In this document: one piece after another, positions 1 to 8,600 of the stretch
Position numbering within the stretch: position 1 is the stretch's first letter
How the letters are laid out: each line of letters begins with the position of its first letter
Assembly (NCBI GenBank): GCA_946539715.1
Contig: CAMNHR010000038.1
Location: 14,873-78,872 of the forward strand
Origin: an uncultured Fibrobacter sp.
GTDB taxonomy: Bacteria; Fibrobacterota; Fibrobacteria; Fibrobacterales; Fibrobacteraceae
Direction: 5' to 3'
Length of the DNA: 64,000 bases
Notes under the pieces: model-generated
The model's database searches: none
Told to the model about the DNA's origin: nothing
What the model saw: only the letters and a program-made list of their open reading frames with translations
Made by a program: the position numbers and the translations under genes

Positions 1-2
1 TG

Positions 3-653
3 CAGAAACTCCACGTGGTGTTCGTGCTGGACCGCGCGGGCCTTGTGGGCGCCGACGGGCCTACCCATCACGGGACCTTTGACCTGTCGTTCCTCCGCAC
101 GGTGCCGGGCATGACCATTCTTGCGCCCAGCGACGAAAACGAACTTCGGGATATGCTGAAGGCTTCCATCGATATGGAAGGCCCTGTGGCTATCCGTTAC
201 CCCCGCGGGACCGCCCTTGCCGAGAAGCTTTTGGAGCCGCCTGCGACAGTAGATGTGAAGCTCCCGAAGGTCTTGGAACAGGGCAAGGGCATTCTGCTTC
301 TGGGTGCCGGGTTCATGACCAACGAACTGAAGAAGACGGCGAAGATTCTTCGCGAGCATGGGCATAACCCTACTCTCGTGGACGCCCGTCTGGTGAAGCC
401 CCTGGATGCCGAATGTTATCGGGGTCTGTTCGAAAGCCACGACACCATTGTCACTCTCGAGGACAACACCTTAGTAGGCGGCTTTGGCTCTGCCGTAATG
501 GAGCTCGCCGCAGATCTTGGATATTCAGGCAAGAAGTTCTTCCGGTTCGGAATCCCGGATAGTTTTGTGGAGCAAGGTGAAATCAAGAACCTTTACAAAC
601 TCTTGAAAATCGATGGCGAATCTGTCGCCGAACAACTGATGGAAAAACTATGA
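3..653 (+). CDS. dxs: 1-deoxy-D-xylulose-5-phosphate synthase, C-terminal part (5' end upstream of window)
   Basis: Frame open to window edge; LDRAGLVGADGPTHHGTFDLSFLR and PVAIRYPRG motifs of Dxs transketolase-like domains. Confidence 0.9.
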   Translation, partial: QKLHVVFVLDRAGLVGADGPTHHGTFDLSFLRTVPGMTILAPSDENELRDMLKASIDMEGPVAIRYPRGTALAEKLLEPPATVDVKLPKVLEQGKGILLLGAGFMTNELKKTAKILREHGHNPTLVDARLVKPLDAECYRGLFESHDTIVTLEDNTLVGGFGSAVMELAADLGYSGKKFFRFGIPDSFVEQGEIKNLYKLLKIDGESVAEQLMEKL

Positions 654-1909
654 GCGAAGAAAACAAGACCCCGCGTACCATAAGGAAAACTTTGGACCGC
701 AAGTTCGGCGTCAGCGAAAGCCGTGATGAACGCCGCCCCCGCCGCGAAGAAAGAACCGGCGATGATAGGGAATTTGGCCGTGGCCCTCGTGGTGACCGCC
801 CCCGTGGACTTCGCGAAGACGGAAGCCTCCGTGAAGGCCGCACAGGGGAACGCCGTTTCGACCGCGAGCGCAAGCCCTTTGACCGCGAACGCCGTCCCCG
901 CCGTTTTGACGACAGACCCTTCGGCAGGTCCGAACGGTTCGGTCACGACCGCCGCCGCGATGGAGACCGCCCTTTCCGCGGGTTCGACAAGGCCGGCTTT
1001 GAAAAGTCCAGCAGGCCCATTTACCGCCAGCGTCCGGAACAAAAGTCTGACGCCTTCCAGGACGAAAACCTGGACGAGTCCGTATTGGAAGCCCGCGCAG
1101 CCCAGGCGGAAACCGTAGAAGAAACCGCCGGCAATCCGCCCTGGTTCAAGAAGCTCCTGGCCCTCACCACAGAAAAGGGCCGCGAACGCGAAGGCCGTTT
1201 CTTGGGCGAAGGCGTCCATGTGGTGACCGAGCTGGTAAAAAACCATCGCGAACTGGTCATTGCCGTTTACGCCGTCGAAGGTTTCGAGGACCAGACTCTG
1301 CTGGACCTCATCAACGAGGCAGGGATCACCCTCCACGACATGCCTGCCGACCAGATGAAGCAGATTAGCTCTACGGTGACCCCCCAGGGCATTATCGCCC
1401 ACTGCCGTATTGCAAATACCAAGCCCAACTACGAATCCAGCCGCAGCGTGTTGACTCTTGTAGATGCGGTACAGGACCCGGGCAATTTGGGAACGCTGTT
1501 CCGCACGAGCCTCGGCTTCGGTTCTGACGGCATGATTCTTGGCCGTGGCACCGTGAGCCCCTTCAACCCGAAGGTGGTTCGCGGCTCATCGGGAACTTTC
1601 CTCCGTGTTCCTTTCGAATTCGACGTGGACTTGATTGACCAGATTAATTTCTTACGCAGCAAGGGATACACGATTATTGCGACCGACCTGCATGCCAAGC
1701 AGTCCTTGCGCCAGATTCCGGAAAGGAAGCTCCGCAAGATGGCTTTCTTGGTGGGTAACGAAGGTGCGGGCACCAACCCCTACTTTATCGAACTTGCCGA
1801 CGAGACGGTAAAGATTCCCATGAGCAGCGAGCTGGAATCCCTGAACGTGGCGGTAGCCCACGGCATTCTCAGCTACGAGGCCGCCCAGATTCAAGAGGAG
1901 CTGAAGTAA
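650..1909 (+). CDS. SpoU/TrmH-family RNA 2'-O-methyltransferase with ~150-aa Arg/Asp/Glu-rich N-terminal extension
   Basis: C-terminal half has SpoU motifs (QDPGNLGTLFRTS, FLVGNEGAG, SLNVAVAHGILSYE); ATGA overlap with dxs stop. Confidence 0.8.
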   Translation: MSEENKTPRTIRKTLDRKFGVSESRDERRPRREERTGDDREFGRGPRGDRPRGLREDGSLREGRTGERRFDRERKPFDRERRPRRFDDRPFGRSERFGHDRRRDGDRPFRGFDKAGFEKSSRPIYRQRPEQKSDAFQDENLDESVLEARAAQAETVEETAGNPPWFKKLLALTTEKGREREGRFLGEGVHVVTELVKNHRELVIAVYAVEGFEDQTLLDLINEAGITLHDMPADQMKQISSTVTPQGIIAHCRIANTKPNYESSRSVLTLVDAVQDPGNLGTLFRTSLGFGSDGMILGRGTVSPFNPKVVRGSSGTFLRVPFEFDVDLIDQINFLRSKGYTIIATDLHAKQSLRQIPERKLRKMAFLVGNEGAGTNPYFIELADETVKIPMSSELESLNVAVAHGILSYEAAQIQEELK

Positions 1910-2814
1910 TGAACTTTCAGGCTCGTTTAGAAGAACGCATTGCCAAGTGCGGAAACCCGATTTGCCTGGGCATGGATCCTGTGCTCAAGCTGATTGACCC
2001 CTGCTGCCCCGATGGCTCCGCCGAGGACAAGATCAAGCGTTTCTATTCCGAAATTTTGGAATGCGCATTGAAGCGGGGCGTGCAGCCGGCCGTAGTCAAG
2101 CCCAACAGCGCCTACTACGAATGCGTGAGCGTGCAAGCCATGCTGGTGCTGCAACAGCTGATTGCCGATTACCGGAGCGCAGGCATTCCGGTGATTCTCG
2201 ACGCCAAGCGCGGCGACATCGGCAAGTCCAGCGCCGCCTACGCCACCGCCGCCTACGATGTTTACAAGGCGGACGCCGTGACGGTTTCCCCCTGGATGGG
2301 CGCCGATTCCGTAGGGCCGTTTATCCGCAGTTCCGAAACGAACGCCGACGAACACGGCGCCTATGTGCTGCTCCGCACGAGCAACAAGGGCGCCCACGAT
2401 TTTCAGGACCTGCCTGTGGTCCGTAGCGACGACCCTCGGGACAAGGCCGAAGCCTTTTATTCCGTAGCCGACAAGATTATGGAATGGGACGGAAACTTCG
2501 GATACCTGGGCGCTGTCGTCGGAGCCACCCACCCCGAAGAGCTTGAAAAGATAACGGCCTACACCGTAGCCCACAAGCACGAGATTCCCTTCCTGATTCC
2601 GGGCGTGTCCATTCCGGGCGTGCCCGGCGGTCAGGGCGGCGACGCCAAGACGGTACTTACCGCCATTGCCAACGGCGGCGGCAAGCGCAAGTTCCATGTT
2701 CTCAACAGCAGTAGCGGCCTGAATTTTGCCTACCAGCGCACCGGCAACCCGGCGAACTTCGCAAGCGACTGCATCGACGCCCTCGAAAAACTCGCGGAGG
2801 CCTGCGATATTTAA
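1909..2814 (+). CDS. pyrF: orotidine 5'-phosphate decarboxylase (type 2)
   Basis: LGMDPV, VKPNSAYYE, ILDAKRGDIGKSS motifs; start overlaps upstream stop. Confidence 0.85.
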   Translation: MNFQARLEERIAKCGNPICLGMDPVLKLIDPCCPDGSAEDKIKRFYSEILECALKRGVQPAVVKPNSAYYECVSVQAMLVLQQLIADYRSAGIPVILDAKRGDIGKSSAAYATAAYDVYKADAVTVSPWMGADSVGPFIRSSETNADEHGAYVLLRTSNKGAHDFQDLPVVRSDDPRDKAEAFYSVADKIMEWDGNFGYLGAVVGATHPEELEKITAYTVAHKHEIPFLIPGVSIPGVPGGQGGDAKTVLTAIANGGGKRKFHVLNSSSGLNFAYQRTGNPANFASDCIDALEKLAEACDI

Positions 2815-2825
2815 TTCAGATTTAT

Positions 2826-2885
2826 GAATTCGGAATTAGGAATTGTTTTTTCTAATTCCGAACTCCGAATCCCGAACTCCGAACT
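2826..2885. repeat. heptamer-array inverted repeat (GAATTCG GAATTAG GAATT / TAATTCC GAACTCC GAATCCC GAACTCC GAACT)
   Basis: Exact 7-nt periodicity; the two arms are approximate reverse complements around a T-rich centre. Confidence 0.85.
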
Positions 2886-2889
2886 AACT

Positions 2890-3771
2890 ATGCGTTTCCT
2901 TGCCATCATCATATTAGCCATAGCGGTCATTGCGGCGGCCTTCCATTATGCGAAACCGCTCCCTGGCATTAATTTCGACGAGTCCTTCTTGCCGAAGGCT
3001 AACTACGTGAGGTACATCGCCGCAGGGAACGACGCTTCGGTGGCAGGACTTTTCTGGATCAAGGGCCTTACGGAACTTGGCGACAGTTTCTTGAGTGGCA
3101 AGGAGTATGCTTACCTGAGCCACGTGGCGAACCTCTGCACGGAACTGGATAGCTTGTTTTACACTCCCTACTACTTTGTGAGTGCCATGACTCAGATGGA
3201 TTCCAAGGACACCACCGATTATATTGTGATGGACAGGGCACTGAGAACTTATCCTCAATACTGGCGGTTGGCCGTGGCTCACGCCTTGCGGCTTTCCAAG
3301 GGGCCTTACCCCAACAAGACCAAGGCGGCAAATATCATGCGGCCTTATTTCGACAGTCCCGACACCACTATCCCGCCCCATATCCGCACCATTTACCGGA
3401 CTTTTGAACTGGATACCATGCAGACGGAAACGGCTGTCGAAATGATACTGAACGACGTGATGCAGCCCCGTTTCAAGAAATTCCGGAGCAGTTTTTACAA
3501 CAAAACTTTCCGAGTTCTCGGGTACCGTGGTTTAAGGCAGGGAGCGGATTCTACGGTGTACAACGATGTCCAAAACACTATTGACCTGTTTGCCGATGGC
3601 AAGATTTCTCCTGTCCAGGCTTACAATCATTTGCTGCAGCTGAAAAAGCCCGAAGAGGTAAAGCCCGCCGATTCAACGGCGGTGGATTCAACGAAAGCTG
3701 ATTCTACGGTAATCAATGCTGTCGCAGCGGATACTGTCGCTGCCGCCGCAACCGATACGACCAGCAACTAG
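2890..3771 (+). CDS. hypothetical membrane-anchored protein
   Basis: ORF with N-terminal hydrophobic helix MRFLAIIILAIAVIAAAF. ATG at 2890 preferred because the 2824 extension only translates the heptamer repeat. Confidence 0.6.
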   Translation: MRFLAIIILAIAVIAAAFHYAKPLPGINFDESFLPKANYVRYIAAGNDASVAGLFWIKGLTELGDSFLSGKEYAYLSHVANLCTELDSLFYTPYYFVSAMTQMDSKDTTDYIVMDRALRTYPQYWRLAVAHALRLSKGPYPNKTKAANIMRPYFDSPDTTIPPHIRTIYRTFELDTMQTETAVEMILNDVMQPRFKKFRSSFYNKTFRVLGYRGLRQGADSTVYNDVQNTIDLFADGKISPVQAYNHLLQLKKPEEVKPADSTAVDSTKADSTVINAVAADTVAAAATDTTSN

Positions 3772-3792
3772 CGGCATCTTGAAACCATCGGC

Positions 3793-3819
3793 CCTAACCA
3801 CTAACCACTAATCACTAAC
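3793..3819. repeat. heptamer array (CCTAACC ACTAACC ACTAATC ACTAAC)
   Basis: Four tandem 7-nt units. Complementary in type to the array at 5653-5687, on the far side of the two minus-strand genes. Confidence 0.8.
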
Positions 3820-3845
3820 GGCTTACGGCCTGACTTTCCTAACGC

Positions 3846-4616
3846 CTATTTCCCGCAGCGCTTGGCGTTGTTGGGCAGCCCCATCAGTTCAAAGGCGTTC
3901 TTGCAGCGGAGCCGCAGGTCGTCTTTTTCTTTCTGCGGAACTCCCTTGATCAAGGAACGCTCCCAGAGGATTGTGGCGGTCATGTAGGTGTAGTTGCTCT
4001 TGATGGATTTTTCTTCGGCGGACTTGTATAGGTTTTCCGCTTCGGAGTTACCCAGGAGTCTCTTGACCTTTGCCGCGGTGTAGGCGTAAAAGCCTCCGTC
4101 CGTATCGCTGTTCTTGCCCGTCATCTTGAGGGCGGCGTTGGCCTCGTCTTCGTGGCCCGCTCCAGCGTAGGCGGTAGCGCATTCCGAATAGTAGGCGGCT
4201 TTCAGGGCTTCGTCTCGTTTCTTGATGCTGCCGTCGTCAATGGAGCGACAAATCTTTTCGGCGTCGCCGTATTTTTCCCGGGCGTTGGCCAGTGCCACCT
4301 TCGACTGGTTGAGCATCAATGCGGAATTTTCGTCCAGGGCTTCGGGACGCACCACCTTCAACAGCGAGTCCGCAAAGTTCAGGTCCAGACTCATGATGCG
4401 GACCCTCGCCATAGACAACAAGACCCGTCCTTCAGAGGCCAAATCGGCTTCCTTGCGGCTTGCAAGCAGAGCTCGTTCTAGTTGGCCGTAACCCTTGGCG
4501 AACTTTCCGTTGGCAATGGACTTCTGGGCGCGAAAGGCCAGCGTCGAAGACTCGGAAGCGAAGCACATTCCCGAAAAAACAAGGACCAGGGCCAGGGCGA
4601 AGATTCTATTTACCAT
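3846..4616 (-). CDS. hypothetical secreted protein (helical-repeat/TPR-like?)
   Basis: Signal-peptide-like N-terminus MVNRIFALALVLVFSGMCFA; Ala/Leu-rich helical composition; 7-nt overlap with upstream MlaD gene. Confidence 0.6.
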   Translation of the reverse strand: MVNRIFALALVLVFSGMCFASESSTLAFRAQKSIANGKFAKGYGQLERALLASRKEADLASEGRVLLSMARVRIMSLDLNFADSLLKVVRPEALDENSALMLNQSKVALANAREKYGDAEKICRSIDDGSIKKRDEALKAAYYSECATAYAGAGHEDEANAALKMTGKNSDTDGGFYAYTAAKVKRLLGNSEAENLYKSAEEKSIKSNYTYMTATILWERSLIKGVPQKEKDDLRLRCKNAFELMGLPNNAKRCGK

Positions 4617-5617
4617 AGGGTCTCCACCATGTAGGGAATGCTGTCGCGGTTAGGCATGTTCCGGTTGATAATCCACATGTTGGAAATGCCCTCCATTAGC
4701 TCGTCCGCGTTTTCCAGGGTCTGTTCCGTAGATTCCATGAAGTCCGAAAGACCGATGGTAATTTTCCCGAGTTCGGTAATCATGTTGTCGGCGCGTTCCA
4801 CCGTTCCTTCAAGCTTGCCCATGAGCCCGTCCACCTTTCCGGGCAGGGGTTTCAGTTCCGTCATCATGCCCGAAACATCGTCCATCATGCCGGAGACGTT
4901 GTTCATCACGTTGTCCATCCGGCTCACGAGGGGCGGAACGGTCAACTGCAAGGTGTCCATCAGGTCCGAAACCTTGTGAATGGCCCTTGTTCCGCTGAGG
5001 GTAATGTCGTCCAGGCGCACAAGCTGTCGGTTCAGGTTGTCGTAGAGGGCACGGGAACCGAACAGGGCGCCGATGGTGGTTCCCGTATCCATGGCCATGG
5101 CCACTAGGGTGTCTGCGGCATCGATAAGCTGGTTCACGCGGCCCAGCAGTTCGTTGGCCGTCTCCAGCACGGTCTCGATGTCCTGGGCCTTGCCTGGCGG
5201 CAAGAAATCCCCGTTTTCTAGCACACGGCCTTTCCCGCGCTTGACATCTATGTTGACCACACGGGCCGAAATCACATTCTGGTCGCGAATGGCGTACACT
5301 TGGGCGCTGTCGGTAATCCAGTTCTGGAATTGCTTGCGGAGGGTGAATTCCATATAGACGCCGTCGCCCTCGATCTTCATGTCCGAAATCTGACCCACAT
5401 CTACACCGCTAATCTGCACGCGGGTGCCGGGCCTAAGTCCCAGGGCCTTGTCGAAGGTACTGTGGAGCTTGTATTCCTCCACGCCGATCATTCCGCTGGT
5501 AAAAAGCTTCGTATAGAGCACAAGTCCGAACACCATCACGGCAACCGTAAAGAAGATACCGACCAAAAGGCCGGACATCTCCATCCAGTTTATTTGCTTG
5601 ATAGGCTTGAACTTCAT
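4610..5617 (-). CDS. MlaD/MCE-domain protein
   Basis: N-terminal TM helix followed by an MCE-like core (GLRPGTRVQISGVDVGQISDM); C-terminal coiled repeats. Confidence 0.75.
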   Translation of the reverse strand: MKFKPIKQINWMEMSGLLVGIFFTVAVMVFGLVLYTKLFTSGMIGVEEYKLHSTFDKALGLRPGTRVQISGVDVGQISDMKIEGDGVYMEFTLRKQFQNWITDSAQVYAIRDQNVISARVVNIDVKRGKGRVLENGDFLPPGKAQDIETVLETANELLGRVNQLIDAADTLVAMAMDTGTTIGALFGSRALYDNLNRQLVRLDDITLSGTRAIHKVSDLMDTLQLTVPPLVSRMDNVMNNVSGMMDDVSGMMTELKPLPGKVDGLMGKLEGTVERADNMITELGKITIGLSDFMESTEQTLENADELMEGISNMWIINRNMPNRDSIPYMVETLW

Positions 5618-5652
5618 GAAAAAAAATATAGAAACAGGTTTGGCCAGTGTTT

Positions 5653-5772
5653 GGTGATTAATGACTGGTGATTAGGGGTTAGGGGGAGGCTTCCCCCTGG
5701 TTTCAGCCCGCCCTGCGGTCTTCCACCACCCCTACTCCTAGGGGCTTCGCCCCTAAAACCCCTAATCTCTAG
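5653..5772. repeat. heptamer-array inverted repeat (GGTGATT AATGACT GGTGATT AGGGGTT AGGGGGA ... CCCCTAC TCCTAGG .. CCCCTAA AACCCCT AATCTCT)
   Basis: G-rich arm at 5653-5687 and C-rich arm at about 5727-5772 flank a unique centre containing GGGGGAGGCTTCCCCC; lies in a divergent promoter region. Confidence 0.8.
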
Positions 5773-5832
5773 CGTCGGGGGTCTGAGGTCGATGCGCTTT
5801 GAACCGGACTTTTCATTACCTATCTTTAAACC

Positions 5833-7023
5833 ATGAATTTCCTTGATTTTTTGAATAATTCAGTAACGCCCTACCATACGGTAGAGAACCTGAAGGCTTT
5901 TTTGGGTGCTGGAACAGAAAAAAAGGTCCAATTGTTCGAACGAGGCGGGGCGCTGATTGCGGTCCGTTTACCTCGGGCGGCAAGTGCAGAATCCAAGTTC
6001 AAAATAGCTCTGGCCCATACGGACTACCCGACATTGAAAATCACCCCCAATCCGGACTGTTCGGCTGCGGGCGTACGGACGCTCCACCCCGAAGTTTACG
6101 GCAGTCCCATTTTCGCCAGCTGGCTGGACCGAGATTTAGGATACGCCGGACTTTTGGCCTACGAACTGCAAGGCAAGGTACAGACAAAGTTGTTCCGTGG
6201 AGAAAAGCTGTTCCGCATTCCGCAGCTTGCAGTCCACCTGAACCGAAATGTCAATCAGGACGGCCTGAAGGTGAACCCCCAGACGGACTTGAACGCCCTG
6301 TGGACGGCCATTGACGGCAAGGAACGTTTTGCGGAGGCCTTGTCGGCTGAGCTTCCTCTGGGGGCGCGCCTTCTGGATTTCGACGTGCAGCTGTTCGACG
6401 CTCAAGCCGCACAGCTAGGCGGCTTTGAAGACGAATGGATTTATTCCGGCAGGCTCGATAACCTTTCTAGCTGCCACGCCATCGCAGAAGCCTTTGCCAA
6501 GGCGGAACCTTCGGAGAAGGATTTTCAGGTGGCCGCCTTCTTCAACAACGAAGAGGTGGGCTCCAACACTCGCGAAGGAGCCGCCGGCAATTTCTTGAAG
6601 AGTGTTTTAGATTCTTTAACTCCGAATTCCGAATTCCGAACTCCGAATTCACTCGCCCTTTCCATCGACATGGCTCATGCCTGCCACCCGAACTTTGTAG
6701 CCAAGCACGAGCCGAACCACGCCCCAGTTCTGGGCGGTGGAATTGTCCTCAAGGTCAATGCACAAAAGCGCTATGCCAGCGATGTGTTCTCTAACGCCCA
6801 GTTCAAGCTGATTTGTGAACAAAATAACATTCCGTATCAGACATTTATCATGCGCAACGACATGCCCTGCGGTTCAACGGTAGGCCCTGCCGTTTCGGCA
6901 AGCCTCGGAATCCCGACAGTGGATATCGGCGAGCCTATGCTCAGCATGCACAGCATCCGCGAGATGACTGCAAAAAAAGACCACCAAGGCATGATTGCCC
7001 TGGTGTCTGCATTTTATTTGTAG
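5833..7023 (+). CDS. M18-family (aspartyl) aminopeptidase
   Basis: SGRLDNLSSCHA, FFNNEEVGS, DMAHACHPNF, GSTVGP and DIGEPMLSMHSIRE motifs. Confidence 0.85.
   Translation: MNFLDFLNNSVTPYHTVENLKAFLGAGTEKKVQLFERGGALIAVRLPRAASAESKFKIALAHTDYPTLKITPNPDCSAAGVRTLHPEVYGSPIFASWLDRDLGYAGLLAYELQGKVQTKLFRGEKLFRIPQLAVHLNRNVNQDGLKVNPQTDLNALWTAIDGKERFAEALSAELPLGARLLDFDVQLFDAQAAQLGGFEDEWIYSGRLDNLSSCHAIAEAFAKAEPSEKDFQVAAFFNNEEVGSNTREGAAGNFLKSVLDSLTPNSEFRTPNSLALSIDMAHACHPNFVAKHEPNHAPVLGGGIVLKVNAQKRYASDVFSNAQFKLICEQNNIPYQTFIMRNDMPCGSTVGPAVSASLGIPTVDIGEPMLSMHSIREMTAKKDHQGMIALVSAFYL
6618..6650 (+). repeat. heptamer array inside the aminopeptidase CDS (AACTCCG AATTCCG AATTCCG AACTCCG AATTC)
   Basis: 33 nt, so frame-preserving; translated as LTPNSEFRTPNS; same unit family as the intergenic arrays at 2826-2885 and 12804-12835. 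Confidence 0.85.
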
Positions 7024-7030
7024 GACTTAT

Positions 7031-8068
7031 TTACGAAAGCCATTTCAGCAGCCGGATGACGCCCATCTTGGCGCACTCGTTGTGGGCCGAGACGTTGGTG
7101 CGGTGTTCGATGGCCTTGCGGTTCTGGTGGTAGAATTCATAGGCGCGGAGCAGCATCTCTTCGTTGGTCTTTGTGGGCTGGAAGCCCAGTTCTTTCTTGA
7201 TTTTTGACGTGTCGAAAACGAAGGTGCTGGCAATCATCTTGTACTGGTAGGGGCCGAGGGGCGAAATGCCGAGCTTGCTGGCGAGCTTCATGCAAGGGAT
7301 AATAAACCATTTGGGGAAATGGGCCAGCCTGGATTTTGACTTGCCATGCTCGATGACGTAGCTGTACACCTCGTTGAAGGTCTTCACGTTGTCCGAGCCG
7401 ATGTTGAATACGGTGGTCCCTTGGTAATTCAAGGCGAGTTCACAGGCGTTGGCCAAGTCCTTCGCGTAGATAAACTGGTAACGGTTGTTTCCGTCGCCTA
7501 CCATCCAGAGTTTTCGGTTTTCGTCAATAAATTCAAAGAGGATGGAAAGCAGTCCGAGTCGGCCTTCGTCCATGATGGTAGGACAGCGGAAGATGACAGA
7601 GTTCAGCTTGTCCTTGCGGGCGAAGAGAATCTTTTCCCCTTCCAGCTTGGACTTGCCGTAAATCTCGATGGGGTTGGGTTCTTCTGCTTCGGTGACGGGG
7701 TCGTCGAAATTCTTAGCCCAAAGGCAGTTCGAGGATGTGAACACGAGCTTGTTCACATTGTGGCGGATACAGGCGTCGGCAATAATTTCTGTGCCATCTA
7801 CGTTGGATGTCCAGAGGTTGTTGATGCGCTTGCGGTCGTGGGCCAGCATGGCGGCCAGGTGGAATACGGCTTCGAACTGGTTTTCGCTGAATATCTTTTC
7901 AACCTGTTCCTTGTCACGGATATCGCCCAAAATGCTGGTGAGGTTTTCGTGCTTGTCTGGGTCAGGGCATAGGTCGATACTTACGCATTTATGGCCCTTT
8001 GCAAGGAGCTCCTTTTTGAGAATGGAGCCAAAGAATCCGGCGCCGCCGGTAATCAGGAAACAGGACAT
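7031..8068 (-). CDS. NAD-dependent epimerase/dehydratase (extended SDR)
   Basis: N-terminal Rossmann motif ITGGAGFFGS; SDR-like length and layout. Confidence 0.8.
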   Translation of the reverse strand: MSCFLITGGAGFFGSILKKELLAKGHKCVSIDLCPDPDKHENLTSILGDIRDKEQVEKIFSENQFEAVFHLAAMLAHDRKRINNLWTSNVDGTEIIADACIRHNVNKLVFTSSNCLWAKNFDDPVTEAEEPNPIEIYGKSKLEGEKILFARKDKLNSVIFRCPTIMDEGRLGLLSILFEFIDENRKLWMVGDGNNRYQFIYAKDLANACELALNYQGTTVFNIGSDNVKTFNEVYSYVIEHGKSKSRLAHFPKWFIIPCMKLASKLGISPLGPYQYKMIASTFVFDTSKIKKELGFQPTKTNEEMLLRAYEFYHQNRKAIEHRTNVSAHNECAKMGVIRLLKWLS

Positions 8069-8124
8069 GGCTAATACCCTATGTGTAGAATTACTTTGGG
8101 GGTAAAATTACTAACTTTTTTGCT

Positions 8125-8592
8125 ATGGATTTCGAAAGTTCCGTGCTCGGAAAGATAAAATCGAAGATTCCCAGCCGAAGGGGAGTTGTGGGCCAGTTCT
8201 TACGGTATTTCGTGACTGGCGGTCTCGCCTTTATTGTGGATTTTGGGGCTTTTGCACTTGCCCTCTACTATTTTGACATCCATTACCTGATTTCGAACTT
8301 GATTGGCCTTGCGGCAGGAAACGTGGTCAACTACCTCTTGACCGTGAGGTGGGTGTTCAGCACGGAAAAGCGTAAAATGGAAAAGTACGTTTTTCTGGAA
8401 GTGGTTGTTTTTGTGTTGATAAGCCTTTTCGGGATGGGATTGAACGAATTGCTGATGTATGTGTTTGTCGGCGTGCTTGGTATTCAGGAAATGATATCCA
8501 AGGTGGTTGCCGCGATAATCGTACTTCTGTACAATTTTCTTGCGAGAAAATTTATTCTGTTCAAATCGGGAAACAAAAAACCGAATTCCTAA
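8125..8592 (+). CDS. GtrA-family membrane protein
   Basis: About 150 aa with four predicted TM helices; [17 protein letters not shown] and ARKFILFK ends typical of GtrA-like proteins. Confidence 0.75.
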   Translation: MDFESSVLGKIKSKIPSRRGVVGQFLRYFVTGGLAFIVDFGAFALALYYFDIHYLISNLIGLAAGNVVNYLLTVRWVFSTEKRKMEKYVFLEVVVFVLISLFGMGLNELLMYVFVGVLGIQEMISKVVAAIIVLLYNFLARKFILFKSGNKKPNS

Positions 8593-8600
8593 GGTACTTT

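Noticed and set aside
723-1402. Overlapping ORFs on both strands within the 5' part of the methyltransferase gene
   Set aside because: They are by-products of the repetitive GC-rich Arg/Asp/Glu-coding tract. They have no RBS and their products are Ala/Pro/Ser/Arg low-complexity.
2824-2889. N-terminal ORF extensions that translate repeat elements. Examples: 2824 (NSELRIPNSEL), 12796 (SEFGVRNCHCETHHPER), 56311 (SCPRRRASP), 25465, 27075, 48482, 13484
   Set aside because: The extensions read through heptamer arrays or GTC-hairpins, or lack an RBS. Downstream ATGs with an RBS and/or a signal peptide give sensible proteins.
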